From the NCBI RefSeq assembly GCF_011745625.1, contig NW_027191504.1, positions 62,001 to 91,529 on the forward strand: DNA of 29,529 nt. The letters run 5' to 3'. The notes under the pieces are model-generated. The model saw nothing but the letters and a program-made list of their open reading frames with translations, was not told the origin of the DNA and searched no databases. Shown here one piece after another: positions 10,837 to 21,676 of the stretch (positions are counted from its first letter, which is position 1; every line of letters begins with the position of its first letter). A program made the translations under genes and the position numbers. This stretch comes from Cladosporium halotolerans. Its lineage: Eukaryota.

Positions 10837-12400
10837 TCGGCTTTTCCACGGTGGGGACACGGAGAGGGATGGTGGAAACTCGGGAGATGAGGAAGCACTT
10901 GCCAATTTGGAGTGTGATGGAAAACGGATAGAAGCTTCTAGTGATCACGTTTCATTTAGGAACACCGTATTGATCTCGTTGCAAATTCTGCAAGTCATTC
11001 GCGTTGTTTCGTGGCAATGGATTGCGTTGACTGTAGTAAGGTGCTTCGCGAGGAACGAAGGAGGAATCTTGCTGATTCGGACGTCGAGGTCACTGCACTA
11101 GACGCCTAGCTCGAGGAGTCTCCCCCGGTACCTGCGTCTACACTAAGCTTCCTGCGAAAGAGGACATGGAGGCCCATCGATCGAATCGGATGACATCCGC
11201 TATTCGAACTGTACAGTAAATTCTATCACGGGCGTCTGGCGTACCAGCAGATCCGAGAGCTTCGATAGACGACCACGCGTCGCGATCCCTTCCAGTGTCT
11301 ACTCAGGGAACTCTACAATGGACCAATATCATGGTAATTGACGGCGCCATATTATTCTTGACATGTGCCACCAAATCGAGCGGGCGAGTCCGATGGTCTT
11401 TTGACATAATGTGTATGCTTCTCGGTTCCGTCGACACGAGTCAAGCTGACTCAAGCAAGAGAGAAACAATAATATTTGATTCTAAGCTTCCGGCGCCAGG
11501 GGCCCGGAGGCACTAGTGCTGTGAAGATCGTTAGTCCTTGCGAGCAAGCCGACGTGACTGAGTCCTTGGAATGCCGGCTAGCACCCGTGACGACGTATGG
11601 AGACGGAGAAAAGTCCTGACCATTCTTTAGCATGATGTATGGCTGTAATGGTTGATGGGTCCCCACGACAAGAACGGCTCAGAGGAAAAGCGGGATTTGG
11701 TGAGGGGCTTTGGGCACTGGCACATCACCCTTGTCGATCCCGCGCTGACAGACTTTCCCAGCCGCCTTTCAAGCTCCTGCCATCGCCGCCCTCGACACAT
11801 CACTAACACATGCCATCGAGCATTCTTTTCAGGAGGCAAAAATCATCCTTGGGACCTCAGAAGATCCCAGTCGGAGCATCGTCGGATCCGAAATCACCAC
11901 TCAGATCTTCTAAGCCACTGTGATGGAGCGACCGACCTGTCACCTCTGTTGTCACGAATAGTGTGACGAACGCCGTTCGGGTGTCACATGGCAAGGTTCG
12001 TCCCGCGTCCATAGCGTTGGGCACACGATAGAGCGGAGTGCAGACGACGGCAGAAATCTTCTGTACGTCCCTTGATGAACGCGGAGTCGCGGGTCCCGGA
12101 TTCTGGGTCCTTGAATGCGCCCTCAGCAATTTTGGCTTCCAGGCAGACCAACACCCCATTTCCGAGAGCATCTATCCCGGAAAGAAAGCAACATGACACG
12201 GCTTAAGCGCATTATAAGCTTTTTTGACTTGTCAATTCGCTACCGCGAATACGCCGATGATGCCACGAACCCAGTTTGGGCTTCTAACAGTCAAAGATCC
12301 CAGGCAGGAGCATATATCATGTCATTCCTTCGTGCTGCCGTCTTCGTGGAATTATGCGTCCCGACGTATAGTTTCTCGTTTCTCCTTTGACTCCTTCACA

Positions 12401-13778
12401 ATGACAGATCCTGGAGGCCGCGGAGACCGGATTTTGGCGGTTTTCATATTCTTCCTCGTCTTATGCACAATCGCATGTGCACTGCGCGCGTTTACCCGAA
12501 TCAAGATACAGAAGGCGTTCGGATGGGATGATCGGCTTGCGCTCTTGGCCTGGGTATACCTCATGCTTTGTGACTGATGTTCTTGCCTGTAAACTGACTT
12601 TTCTAGATGAGCTTTGTGGCCTTCTCCGCATCAGCCATCACTGGCATATACTATGGAGCAGGACAACACGTTGCGGACATCCAACCTCCAAGCAATGTTG
12701 AAATAGCGTTGAAAGTATATCAATCATGCTGCCCGAAACCATCCACATCAGTTCAGTCTCGCTAACAGATTGCAGTACTGGTGGCTCTGTCCCATACTGC
12801 TGATCACATCAAATATCATCATCAAAGCTAGCATCGGCGTCATGCTCCTGCGACTCAGCGTCCAAAAGGTTCACCGGATCCTCGTCTGTGTCAGTCTTGC
12901 AGTCCTACAGACTTACAACGTCTTCTTTCTATTCCTATTCCTATTACAATGCCAGCCGGTCGACTACTTCTGGAAAAAGGCTGCCGGCGGAGTGGGCTCT
13001 TGTATCAACCCTCGCATCATTAGCATTGCTTATTACGGCTATTCCGCCATTGCATGCGTGACGGACTGGATCTTCGCGACCCTTCCAGCTTTCTTCGTCT
13101 GGCAATTACAGATAAGTGGACGAGAAAAGGCTTCAGTCATCCTGATCCTAGCGACAGGCGCATTGTAAGTATCTGGTGATTGGTCTGCCCACCAGGCTCT
13201 CCTTCACTCTTCTACAGATTCTAGGAACGGTCTCACTGAGACATCATCGCAGGGCTTCTATGGCGACGATCGCCCGCATTCCTTACATCTCGCAACGGGA
13301 GAACACAGACGACTTTCTCCACTCAACCATTGAACTCGCCGTCTGGAGCGACTGCGAGCTCGGCTTGGCTCTGACGGCCGTCTGTTGCGCCACCCTTCGT
13401 CCACTCTTCCGCGCAATCTTCCCACCCTCCGCCTGCACATCTGGTGACCCGGTAGCCGATGGCGCCTCACAACGGGCGATTTTGCCTCCCCAAGTCAGTG
13501 CACCCGACCAGGCTCAGCAAAGACGCTATAGGGCCAGTTGCCCCGATTTCGAAAATGTGGAGATGGGAGAAGTCAGGCAAGCGCCCGACTTCGGCACCAT
13601 CACCATGGTGTGGCATCCGAAAACTCCACGACTGAATGAGGCGAATGACGACGCTGGAAGCAGCCATTCATCGGCGAATGTCATCAACCACAAAGTTTCG
13701 TTCTACCGATCTGAGGATGTCGCTGACGCGACGAATGAGTTCTCGCAGCAGCAAAATCGACCGCGGTCTGATGTCTGA
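12401..13778 (+). CDS. PTH11-like (fungal rhodopsin-domain) 7TM integral membrane protein without CFEM, about 391 aa. Exons 12401-12553, 12607-12714, 12776-13164, 13253-13778
   Basis: LRAFTRI..FGWDD, YGAGQH, IKASIG..LLRL, QCQPVDYFW, TDWIFATLP..VWQLQ, WSDCELGL..CCATLRPLF; three canonical introns. Confidence 0.88.
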
Positions 13779-14129
13779 GATTGCGCTGGGACTTGGACGG
13801 CGACATGAATCGGCACAGAGTTTCGTCGAGAGCGGCCAGTGTATGAAGTAAGGATTGATGAGATCACAGCATTGTCAGCCAGAGGAAAGGAGGCCATGTG
13901 CGTCTGCTTTTCCATCGTATATTAGCTCATTTTAACCATTGTATATGTATCATCAAAAGAGCTCGAGCCAGAGCGGTTTAATCCATGATTACGCTACAAT
14001 GTCTCGCCATCCATGGGACCCTGGCGTTCTCAGTTTCGAACTAGAAACGTGAGGGCTCCGCCTCCGCCACGCAAGCTACTATACGCGATGCCAGAAGAAC
14101 CCAGCAAAGACACGGAACACGTTGTCTAC

Positions 14130-14852
14130 CTACCACGGAATAGGCTTCCCCTCCCTCGTGACAAACATCCCACTATCCTCCGGCTTCAAGCCCTCAATAA
14201 TCGGCAGCATCATCGCAATGGCGTCCTCAGCATCAATCGCACCCTCCTCGCGCACGTGAGTCATGCGACTCTCGACTTTCCCAGGATGGATAATGCCAAA
14301 CGCCACCTCCGGGACGTCGGCCGCGAAACTCTTGACAACATAGTTGAGCCCTGCCTTGCTCGCGCCGTACGCGTAGGCGCCGCCCTTGTTGTTTGCGATG
14401 CTGCCCATACCGGAGCCCATGACAACGACTTTCGCGGCGCCGCCCGAAGCCCGCAGGTTGGGCAGCAGCGCGCGGATGATCATGAACGTCCCCAGCGTGT
14501 TGACCGTTAGCGTCTGCTGGAAGACCTCGGGGTCGGTGGCGTCTAGGGTTTCTGCTTTGGACGGATCGGCCTCGTGCTTTTGGACTTCTGGGTTGAGGCC
14601 GCGCACGGCGGCGGAGTGGATGAAGAGGTCTACGGGGGCGTTTTTGAGGTCTGAGTTCAGGGCGTCGAGGGATTCCTGGGAGGAGCTGTTGACTGTGTGG
14701 GTCGTTATGCTGGCAGCGGCATCCTGAGGCTTGACATCGTCCGACCAAGAGACGTCGATTGCGTGGATCGTGTTGTTGGAGTCTTTGGCGTAGTGCTCCA
14801 GGAAGGTATGCCCAATGCCGGAGCCAGCCCCGGAGATGGCGATGACGGGCAT
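14130..14852 (-). CDS. Short-chain dehydrogenase/reductase, CsgA/C-factor-like, 240 aa, intronless
   Basis: ISGAGSGIG, VNTLG, catalytic YGASK, IHPGKVES, C-terminal G.F....G..IPW. The start is placed at ATG 14852 (MPVIAISG). Confidence 0.88.
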   Translation of the reverse strand: MPVIAISGAGSGIGHTFLEHYAKDSNNTIHAIDVSWSDDVKPQDAAASITTHTVNSSSQESLDALNSDLKNAPVDLFIHSAAVRGLNPEVQKHEADPSKAETLDATDPEVFQQTLTVNTLGTFMIIRALLPNLRASGGAAKVVVMGSGMGSIANNKGGAYAYGASKAGLNYVVKSFAADVPEVAFGIIHPGKVESRMTHVREEGAIDAEDAIAMMLPIIEGLKPEDSGMFVTREGKPIPW

Positions 14853-15421
14853 GGTTGTTAGAGAGGAAGTGATAAGGATTGATGGTCGTTCGAGAGGTTT
14901 CGTCAAATATGAACCGATACAGAGGTGAACGTCCAGGCAGGATTCTAGAACGCTGTATTATAGGCCTTACCTGTAGCTGTGATACTGTTGAGGTGGCCAA
15001 CCTCAAGAAGGGCGCGTACGTCACTCTTGCCGCGTGGTCGAATCTGAGATCATGGTGAGGTGATGATGTATTGAGGCGTCCAGGTAATCAAGCAAGCGGA
15101 CGCTTGTATATATGCCGTATGTACACATCAAGAAGTTTACGATGTTGTCCCGTCGAGTCCAGTGCCAGTGAGAGACTTGAAGACTCGCGGAAACTCCGTA
15201 GCCCATATCTGAATAGACCAAAAGCGGGCCTTTGCAAGCGTGTGCGCCAATGATAGGCTTCCAAACCAACCCAGCCAATTGACACGCGTTCATCACAGTA
15301 TTAACGCGAACCTGTGAGAACGATCCTAGTGACATCGGCATTGGAAGATACTAGTCACTTTGTGCAGGATAAGATCATCTTCCTCCATGAGAGTCATTAC
15401 TTTGGTGTTCCAGTGGGCACG

Positions 15422-16306
15422 ATGGATGTGCCCATCGCTGCAAATGTACTTGGCACACTAGGAGCCGTCTTCTGGTCCATCCAGCTAATACCGCAAATCG
15501 TGGTCAACTATCGAAGGCATAATGCCACAGGCCTTCAGCCGTCGATGGTATTCACCTTCATGTAATACATGCGATCGATATGGTAGATGCTGATAGACCT
15601 TCAGATGATGCTTTGGGCTTGGGCTGGCGTTCCGCTCGGAGTGTACACTATCGTGGAGCAATTCAATATCGCACTTCAGGTCCAGCCACAGATGCTAGCA
15701 TTCTTAAGTCTGGTGACCTGGATTCAGTGCTACTACTACGAGCATAAATGGAGTGTTTTCAGGGCATTGACTGTCGTCGTGCCTATTGGCTGCGCCATGG
15801 CTGGCATTGAAGTCGGCCTCATCTTTGCTTTGCGAGCAGGCAAGCGAAAGGGCACCGACTGGCCTGTGACACTCATGGCTGTCCTGGCGGCTGTTTTTCT
15901 CGCTCTAGGAGTTTTGCGTCATTACTACGATATCTACAAGCACCGGACTGTCAGAGGTATATCTTTCCTGTTCGTCGGCATCGATGCCCTGGGTGACCTG
16001 ACCTCGTTGATATCGGTCGTGTTCCAGCCATCGTTGGACGTGCTCGGACTTGTCATCTACGGCGTCGAGCTGACTTTGTGGATCGGTGTCTTTGCCTGCG
16101 GAGGTTACTATAACCTCACCCCATGGCTGAGAGCGAAGATGGGACAGCGCAATGGGAAGCTTGATCCTGCAGACGGACAGCCTCCGGCGACCGGTGTTGC
16201 TCAGCATGATATGCCGTCATCAACATCTGTTTTTCGGACTCCTTCGAGTGACTCGAATGCGCTACGTTCCAGAGTCAATGCTGGAGGGGTGGAATTGCAG
16301 CCGTGA
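15422..16306 (+). CDS. PQ-loop membrane protein resembling yeast Ilt1/Ydr090c, about 275 aa. Exons 15422-15547 and 15605-16306
   Basis: WSIQLIPQIVVNYRRHNATGLQPSM|MMLW, LQVQPQ, second repeat VRGISFLFVGID; 57-nt intron 15548-15604. Confidence 0.85.
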
Positions 16307-16642
16307 GCCTCTGTAGAGAGAAAGCATAAAGTCTAGGTACCCCTGGAACTCATGCAGTCTAGTCATATCGCATCGCGCAGTGAAAACACACATTGACCAC
16401 TGTTACCTCCCTGAGTATCCTGATCACATGTGTCATGTGAACTTGAAACGACCGTCACATGTCAGTGACTTGTGCTCGCAGTCGCGCAAACCAACTGTGA
16501 ACGCAGCCAGCAGCTTTGCACATGTTCTAACCTCACCTCACGTCTCCCGCGCTAGCCACGCCACCCACAACTTTTTCACAACACCGAACAACACCGCACA
16601 ACAACCCACTACCAACTCCAACCAAATCAATTACCCGCCACA

Positions 16643-17400
16643 ATGGCCACCGCAAAGGAAGACCTCCGCAGCGGCTACAGTAAGCGCACCTCCCCACCAA
16701 CCCCTTATACCCCATCACTCACACCGCCCTCCCAGCCTCGCCCACCATCCCCGCGACACCCGCGACCAGCAACCTCGCGAAACCAAAACGCACCGCCAGC
16801 ACCGAGACCCTCGCGACCACCTTCTCTGAGCTCTCCACCCCATCCGTCGCCTACCCGAACCCGCCGCTCAACACGCCCGCCTCGCCCTCCCTCGCCGGCG
16901 ACGACCTCGCCCTCACCACCCGCCTCTCGCAAGACGACCTCGAGGGCCTCACCCGCCGCCTGCACGTCGCCACGCCGCCGACCTCCCCGCCGTCCACCTC
17001 AGCCCACCAGCCCGGATCCTCCAAGCAAGGTAAACCTCCCCTCCCCATCCCCCTCAAAACCCACCAATCCACCACCCACCCACCAAAACTAACCCTCCCC
17101 CCCTCACCAGCCCCATCCCCCACCCCCTCGCGCCTCCACTCGCGCACCTCCAGCACAACCCCCACCCCGACCGCAACCCCCCAGCTCGAATCCACCGAGC
17201 CCCAAGTCTTCGAATACAGCGCCTGGGCCATGGTCGCGGAGGAAGACACGATGCGGGCGCTGGCGCGCGTGGCGATGCTGGCGCGCGACGAGCACGCCAA
17301 GGACCCGCGGCGCAGCGTCGAGGAGTACTACAGCGCCCGCTTGGCGGCGCTGATCGCGCGCGCGGAGGTCGGGTTCGACGGGGGGTTTTTGGGCAAGTGA
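16643..17400 (+). CDS. Hypothetical protein, about 206 aa, S/T/P-rich with a helical-looking C-terminus. Exons 16643-16679, 16736-17029, 17111-17400
   Basis: CACAATGG start context; introns GTAAGC..CAG (16680-16735) and GTAAAC..CTAAC..CAG (17030-17110). The spliced frame is open with strongly C/G-ending codons and ends EYSAWAMVAEEDTMRALARVAMLARDEHAKDPRRSVEEYYSARLAALIARAEVGFDGGFLGK*. Confidence 0.72.
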
Positions 17401-17791
17401 GGTGCTTGGTTTGACTAGCGGTGGGGAGTTTGGTTGAGCGGCATTCGTGGAGTTGGGATTGGAGGGATATCAACGAGGAGATTTTCTTTGGTCTTCTCTA
17501 TTGTGAAAGCTGGGCGATTGTCAGCTGAGCTGGGATGGGAACCAGGGGAAATGGAAATGGGTGCATGCCGCGGGGTAGGCGGCGAGGAGGGCTCGACTCG
17601 ACTCGACTGGGGTTTGACTTTACTTGGTTGTCGATACCACACTGCGATAACGAAGCGAGTTCCGCGCGGCACGGAACGACGAATGAAAGCTGTTTTGCTA
17701 ATTCGTCATTGATACAAGTAAGCAGTACAGTGCCAGAGGGTATAGTACAGCACGTCGTGTGAGGTTGCATAATAAGCAACCAGAACAGAAA

Positions 17792-17793
<2 letters not shown>

Positions 17794-17813
<20 letters not shown>
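17794..17813. repeat. C20 homopolymer flanked by A5 and A9
   Basis: Read directly, between two convergent genes. Confidence 0.9.
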
Positions 17814-17822
<9 letters not shown>

Positions 17823-17968
17823 CACCCAATCCTAGAAATCGATGAGAAAAGACTCCGCCGCCCGGTTCCGTCGTGAACGTTTTTCCTCTTTGCTGAGCCC
17901 ATAGTCTTTGTTGTGTCGAATAATCAAATCAAATGCGCCGAGCCGATTTTTGCCAAGGCTGGTTGGTA

Positions 17969-19162
17969 TTAGCTGGAAGGTTGCGCCATTGGGTTCTGGG
18001 CTTGAGCTTGAGGGTTCATGCCGCCGTTCATCGAGTTGTTCCGGGGCGAGTTGGCTGCTTGCTGCTGTGCCATGCGGTTATCGTAGCCATTCCAGCCGGG
18101 GAAGAGCTCTCGCAGCTGCTCGTACTTGGCTTGCAGTTGGGGCATGTGGGCCGGAGGGCTCATGTGTGCTGGGCCAGGCGGCGCTTTGGCTGCTTGCTGG
18201 GTGTCCGCTCTAGGCGCGAGGTAGGCGAGGTTCGCCTGTACCCTGCGCAGGCACTGTATGTACTCCTCCGCGGCCATAGACTCGTCCATGTTGAGCGCGC
18301 GCAGCTGGAGCTGGTGCTGAGGGTTCATGGCGCCGCCGCGACCTTGCGCTTGGAGGTTGTTGATCTCCTGCAGCAGTTCGCTGTTGATGTCCAGCAGCAT
18401 CTCGACTCGCTTCTGCTCACGTGCCTGCGTGCCCGGGGACTGCGGGGCTGAAGGAGAGGCACCAGCGTTGCCGCCGCCATGCTGGAAGTTGGCGGCGGGG
18501 GTCTGTGGGAGAGGAGGCGCGGCCATGGGGTACTTGGTCGGCGGGGTTTGCTGTTTGGGCGGCTGGGCCTGCTGCTGCTGCTGGAAGTGAGGTTGGGGAC
18601 CCGCATAGGGCGAGTTGATCTGCTGTGGGGACGCGCTGTGTCTGACGCCGGGCTGCTGTAGGGGCGGCGTCGGCGTGGCACTGGTCGAGGTCACGGACTG
18701 CGCGAAAGGCGCCGAGGTGAACGGGCTCTGCTGGCCTGTCGCATGGTGGATGTCAGCACAGGGTAGGACAGGGCGTCATGCCGGCAGATGAGGCCGTGGG
18801 ACGGGAGTCAGGGAGCAGGCGAGTTAGGGCAGGGTGGAAGGGGCGGGCAGGATATGAGGGTGGAGGGGCGGCGACTCACCGGCGAAGGGGGCGGCGGGGG
18901 AGAAGTGAGGTGGCTGCTGCTGGTGCTGCTGCATGAGACCATCATTGAAGGTCGGAGGCGGCGGTCTGGAGAGAGATGGAGGCGCGCCTTGGTAGGGCGC
19001 GGGCGAGAAAGCTTGCTGCGGTGGTGCAGCAGGGCCGGCGAAGTGGGCAGGCGAGGCGTAGGGGTGCTGCTGCTGTTGCTGCTGGGCTTGCTGTTGCTGC
19101 TGGGCCTGCGCCTGCTGGTGGTGGAAGGGCCCCGGGTGGAAGGGCGTCTCCAAGTGGCTCAT
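17969..19162 (-). CDS. Q/P-rich protein with an SSXT (SS18/GIF/Snf11-like SNH) domain, putative SWI/SNF-associated coactivator, about 349 aa. Exons 19162-18880 and 18735-17969
   Basis: RVEMLLDINSELLQEINNLQAQG...EYIQCLRRVQANLAYLAPRAD resembles the SSXT pattern (LDEN..LI..I...Q..G...NL.YLA..AD). A 144-nt intron GTGAGT..GCTGAC..CAG (18879-18736) joins two Q/P-rich ORFs. Confidence 0.72.
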
Positions 19163-19487
19163 GTTGGCGGGCCCGTGACTGACGACTCGCTGCCTTACGG
19201 GGGCCAGGCGCGCAGTGGTGTACCGTGGCCAGGCCGCGGGACAATCAAACAATAACAACAGGCGGCGGTGATTGGCCGAGTCAGGCGCAAACGCTGTCTC
19301 CTCGTGGTGCAGGCCGACGGCTCACCAGACCGCAAGGGAGGCGATGGAGTTTTCGCTACGCCGGGAAGCGCGCGGCTGTGGCGCCACCGGACCCGCTTGC
19401 CCCCGGGCCAGAGGGCGCGCGCTGCACGCCGGCAGATCAGACGGCGGGCAGAGCATGAGGAGACAGCGCGCAGCAGGCAGCGCGCAG

Positions 19488-19519
19488 CACACAACACACA
19501 ACACACACACACACACACA
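19488..19519. repeat. (AC)n microsatellite just upstream of the ATPase start codon
   Basis: Imperfect CA repeat with a perfect (AC)9 at 19501-19518. Confidence 0.85.
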
Positions 19520-19525
19520 AAAACA

Positions 19526-21676
19526 ATGAGTGGTGGGTTTGCAAAAAACCACCTGACCGCTGCCTCACTTCACCCACCAGGCCTAACCGTTTCTCAGGCA
19601 GAGGCGCGGCCCGCGGGCGTGGCAGAGGCGCCTTCTACAAAGCCAAGTACGGTGGCGGCGGCGCACGAGGCGGCCATCAGAACCACGCCAATGGGACCGA
19701 GACTCCCGCGGCCACACCACACGCCGGCCCACGCGACTGGGATCAGCTGCAGCGCGACCTGAGGAGTATCGACGGTCAGCAATACGGTGAGTGGCCCTCT
19801 TCTGTCACCTCGACATGAGGTATCCTCCCTTTCCACCCAAGCATCAAGTTCTGTCCCCGATGACGTAGCGTGTTGCTTGTTCAGCCAACGTTTAAGCGGC
19901 GTCGCTGATCTCTAACGTCCTCCTCAGGCGCCTACAAGCGATTGCTCGGCCGATACGACCATGCCGGCCCCTCTTTCGCCCTCTCTGTCGATCACGTCCA
20001 AGGCGATGCATATGCCGCGCCGTCTCGCGTGCGGGCGGTGATGCCCCTGGCCCAGACCGGCTTCCCGTCGGGATATCTGCAGTCAGAAATCCGACGTGTC
20101 GCCCTGTGTGACTACGTGACGAGGACAGCTGCGTCTATTATCCGGGACAAGCATCTCGACAGGAATGTGGGCGGCGGAAACGGAGGCTGGAGCTCACCCA
20201 AGGGAGGCGCGTTTAATATCAATGCGCCCGGACAGGAAGTGCTTCCGCGTACCAGCGCAATCGTTAGCGGCGATGAAACCATCGAGCTTCGATTCACCGT
20301 CGCTTTGCCAGCGGCGGGTAGGACTGTTCTTGGTCAACAAGCTAACCAGATCCTTGCCATCAACCTAGTCGAATTGATCAAGAACACCCTACTCCACGGC
20401 AATCTTGACGAGAAGAAGCTGGCTTTGCACATTTCTTCGGTTGAGAACCAGCACCATCTGCGCCAACAGCTTAGTGCGAACAATCTGATCGCCTTCGTCG
20501 CCAATGGCTCCATCCTTCCTCGCGCATCAGGCGCGTCTGCCACGCCAATGCTTGACAATAGCGTGGTGCCCTTCCAATCCCCACCTGAACTGTCAGTGAC
20601 CCTGACGCAAGCCGACGGCGTTGCCGTCTCCGGTATGGGCATCCCCAAAGGCATCACCCTCCTCACCGGCGGCGGCTTCCACGGCAAATCGACCCTCCTC
20701 GAAGCCCTCGAGCTCGGCGTCTACGACCACATCCCCACCGACGGCCGCGAGCGCATCGTCACCGACCCATCCGCCGTCAAAATCCGCGCCGAGGACGGCC
20801 GCCCAGTCACCGGCGCCGACATCAGCCCCTTCATCTCCACGCTCCCCGGCGGCAAAGACCCCAAGCGCTTCTCCACCGACGACGCCTCGGGCTCCACCTC
20901 CATGGCCGCCAACATCCAGGAAGCGCTCGAGGCCGGCAGCACCTCGCTGCTGATCGACGAGGACTCGTCCGCCACCAACCTGCTCGTGCGCGACGCCCGC
21001 ATGCAGGCCCTCATCCAGAACGAGCCCATCACGCCGCTCGTCAGCAAGGTCCGCGCGCTCTACGCCCAGCACGGCGTCAGTACCGTCATGGTCGTCGGCG
21101 GGCTGGGCGACTGGCTCAGCGTCGCGGACACCGTCATCGCAATGGACTACTACGTGCCGCGCCTCATCACGTCGCAGGTGGAAGACGTGCTGCGGCAGTT
21201 CCCCAGCGACGTCGCGCAGGACGCGCAGTACGGCTCCGTCCCGCAGCGAGCCGTCCAGGTCCAAGTCCCAGGCGAAATCTCGCCGTACACGGCTAGCAGG
21301 TCGTTCATCAATATCAAGCCCGCGGTCAGGAATCCCGTCGCGGACCCCGCGCAGGCGCCGCAGGGGATTGACCTGCAGGGCCTCGATCAGCTGGTTGAGG
21401 TCGGGCAGGCGAGGATGATCGCTGCGACGGTGCAGCGGTTCGGGAGGGCTACGGAGGGCAAGCCGTGAGTTGAGAATAATTGGGCTCTACGGGTGACAAT
21501 TTTGCTGACTGACACTTCACAGAGTGGATCTGAAATCCCTCCTCGCGACGCTGGAAGAGGAAGTCAATCTCGACCAGGACATGCCTGCTACGCTTAGTGG
21601 AGGCGAGCTCGTGGCTGTGAGGAAGTATGAGGTCGCGGCGGCGCTTTCGCGTTTGAGGGGCTTGAGGGTCGCTTAG
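19526..21676 (+). CDS. Predicted ABC-class ATPase (COG3044 / MRB1590-like), about 628 aa. Exons 19526-19532, 19598-19786, 19928-21464, 21523-21676
   Basis: N-domain LRSIDGQQY|GAYKRLLG..DHVQGDAYAAPSR; FVANGSILPRASG; Walker A GGGFHGKST; KIRAEDGR; ASGSTSMAANIQEALE; Walker B LLIDEDSSATN; EPITP; C-terminal RKYEVAAALSRLRGL recovered by splicing 21465-21522. Confidence 0.87.

Noticed and set aside
10837..12400. 1.5-kb intergenic region with several 60-104 aa ORFs and intron-like motifs near 11700-11832
   Set aside because: No codon bias, no consistent exon chain, no terminal repeats or transposase motifs; treated as intergenic/promoter.
14013..15024. Alternative-frame ORFs (165 aa +, 263 aa -) over the SDR
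   Set aside because: Arg/Pro-rich off-frame translations of a GC-rich gene.
16643..17092. 149-aa Pro-rich ORF from the track
   Set aside because: It shares the true ATG but reads through the first intron into the wrong frame; the spliced model has better codon usage.
17593..17609. (CTCGA)3 short repeat
   Set aside because: Too short to distinguish from chance slippage.
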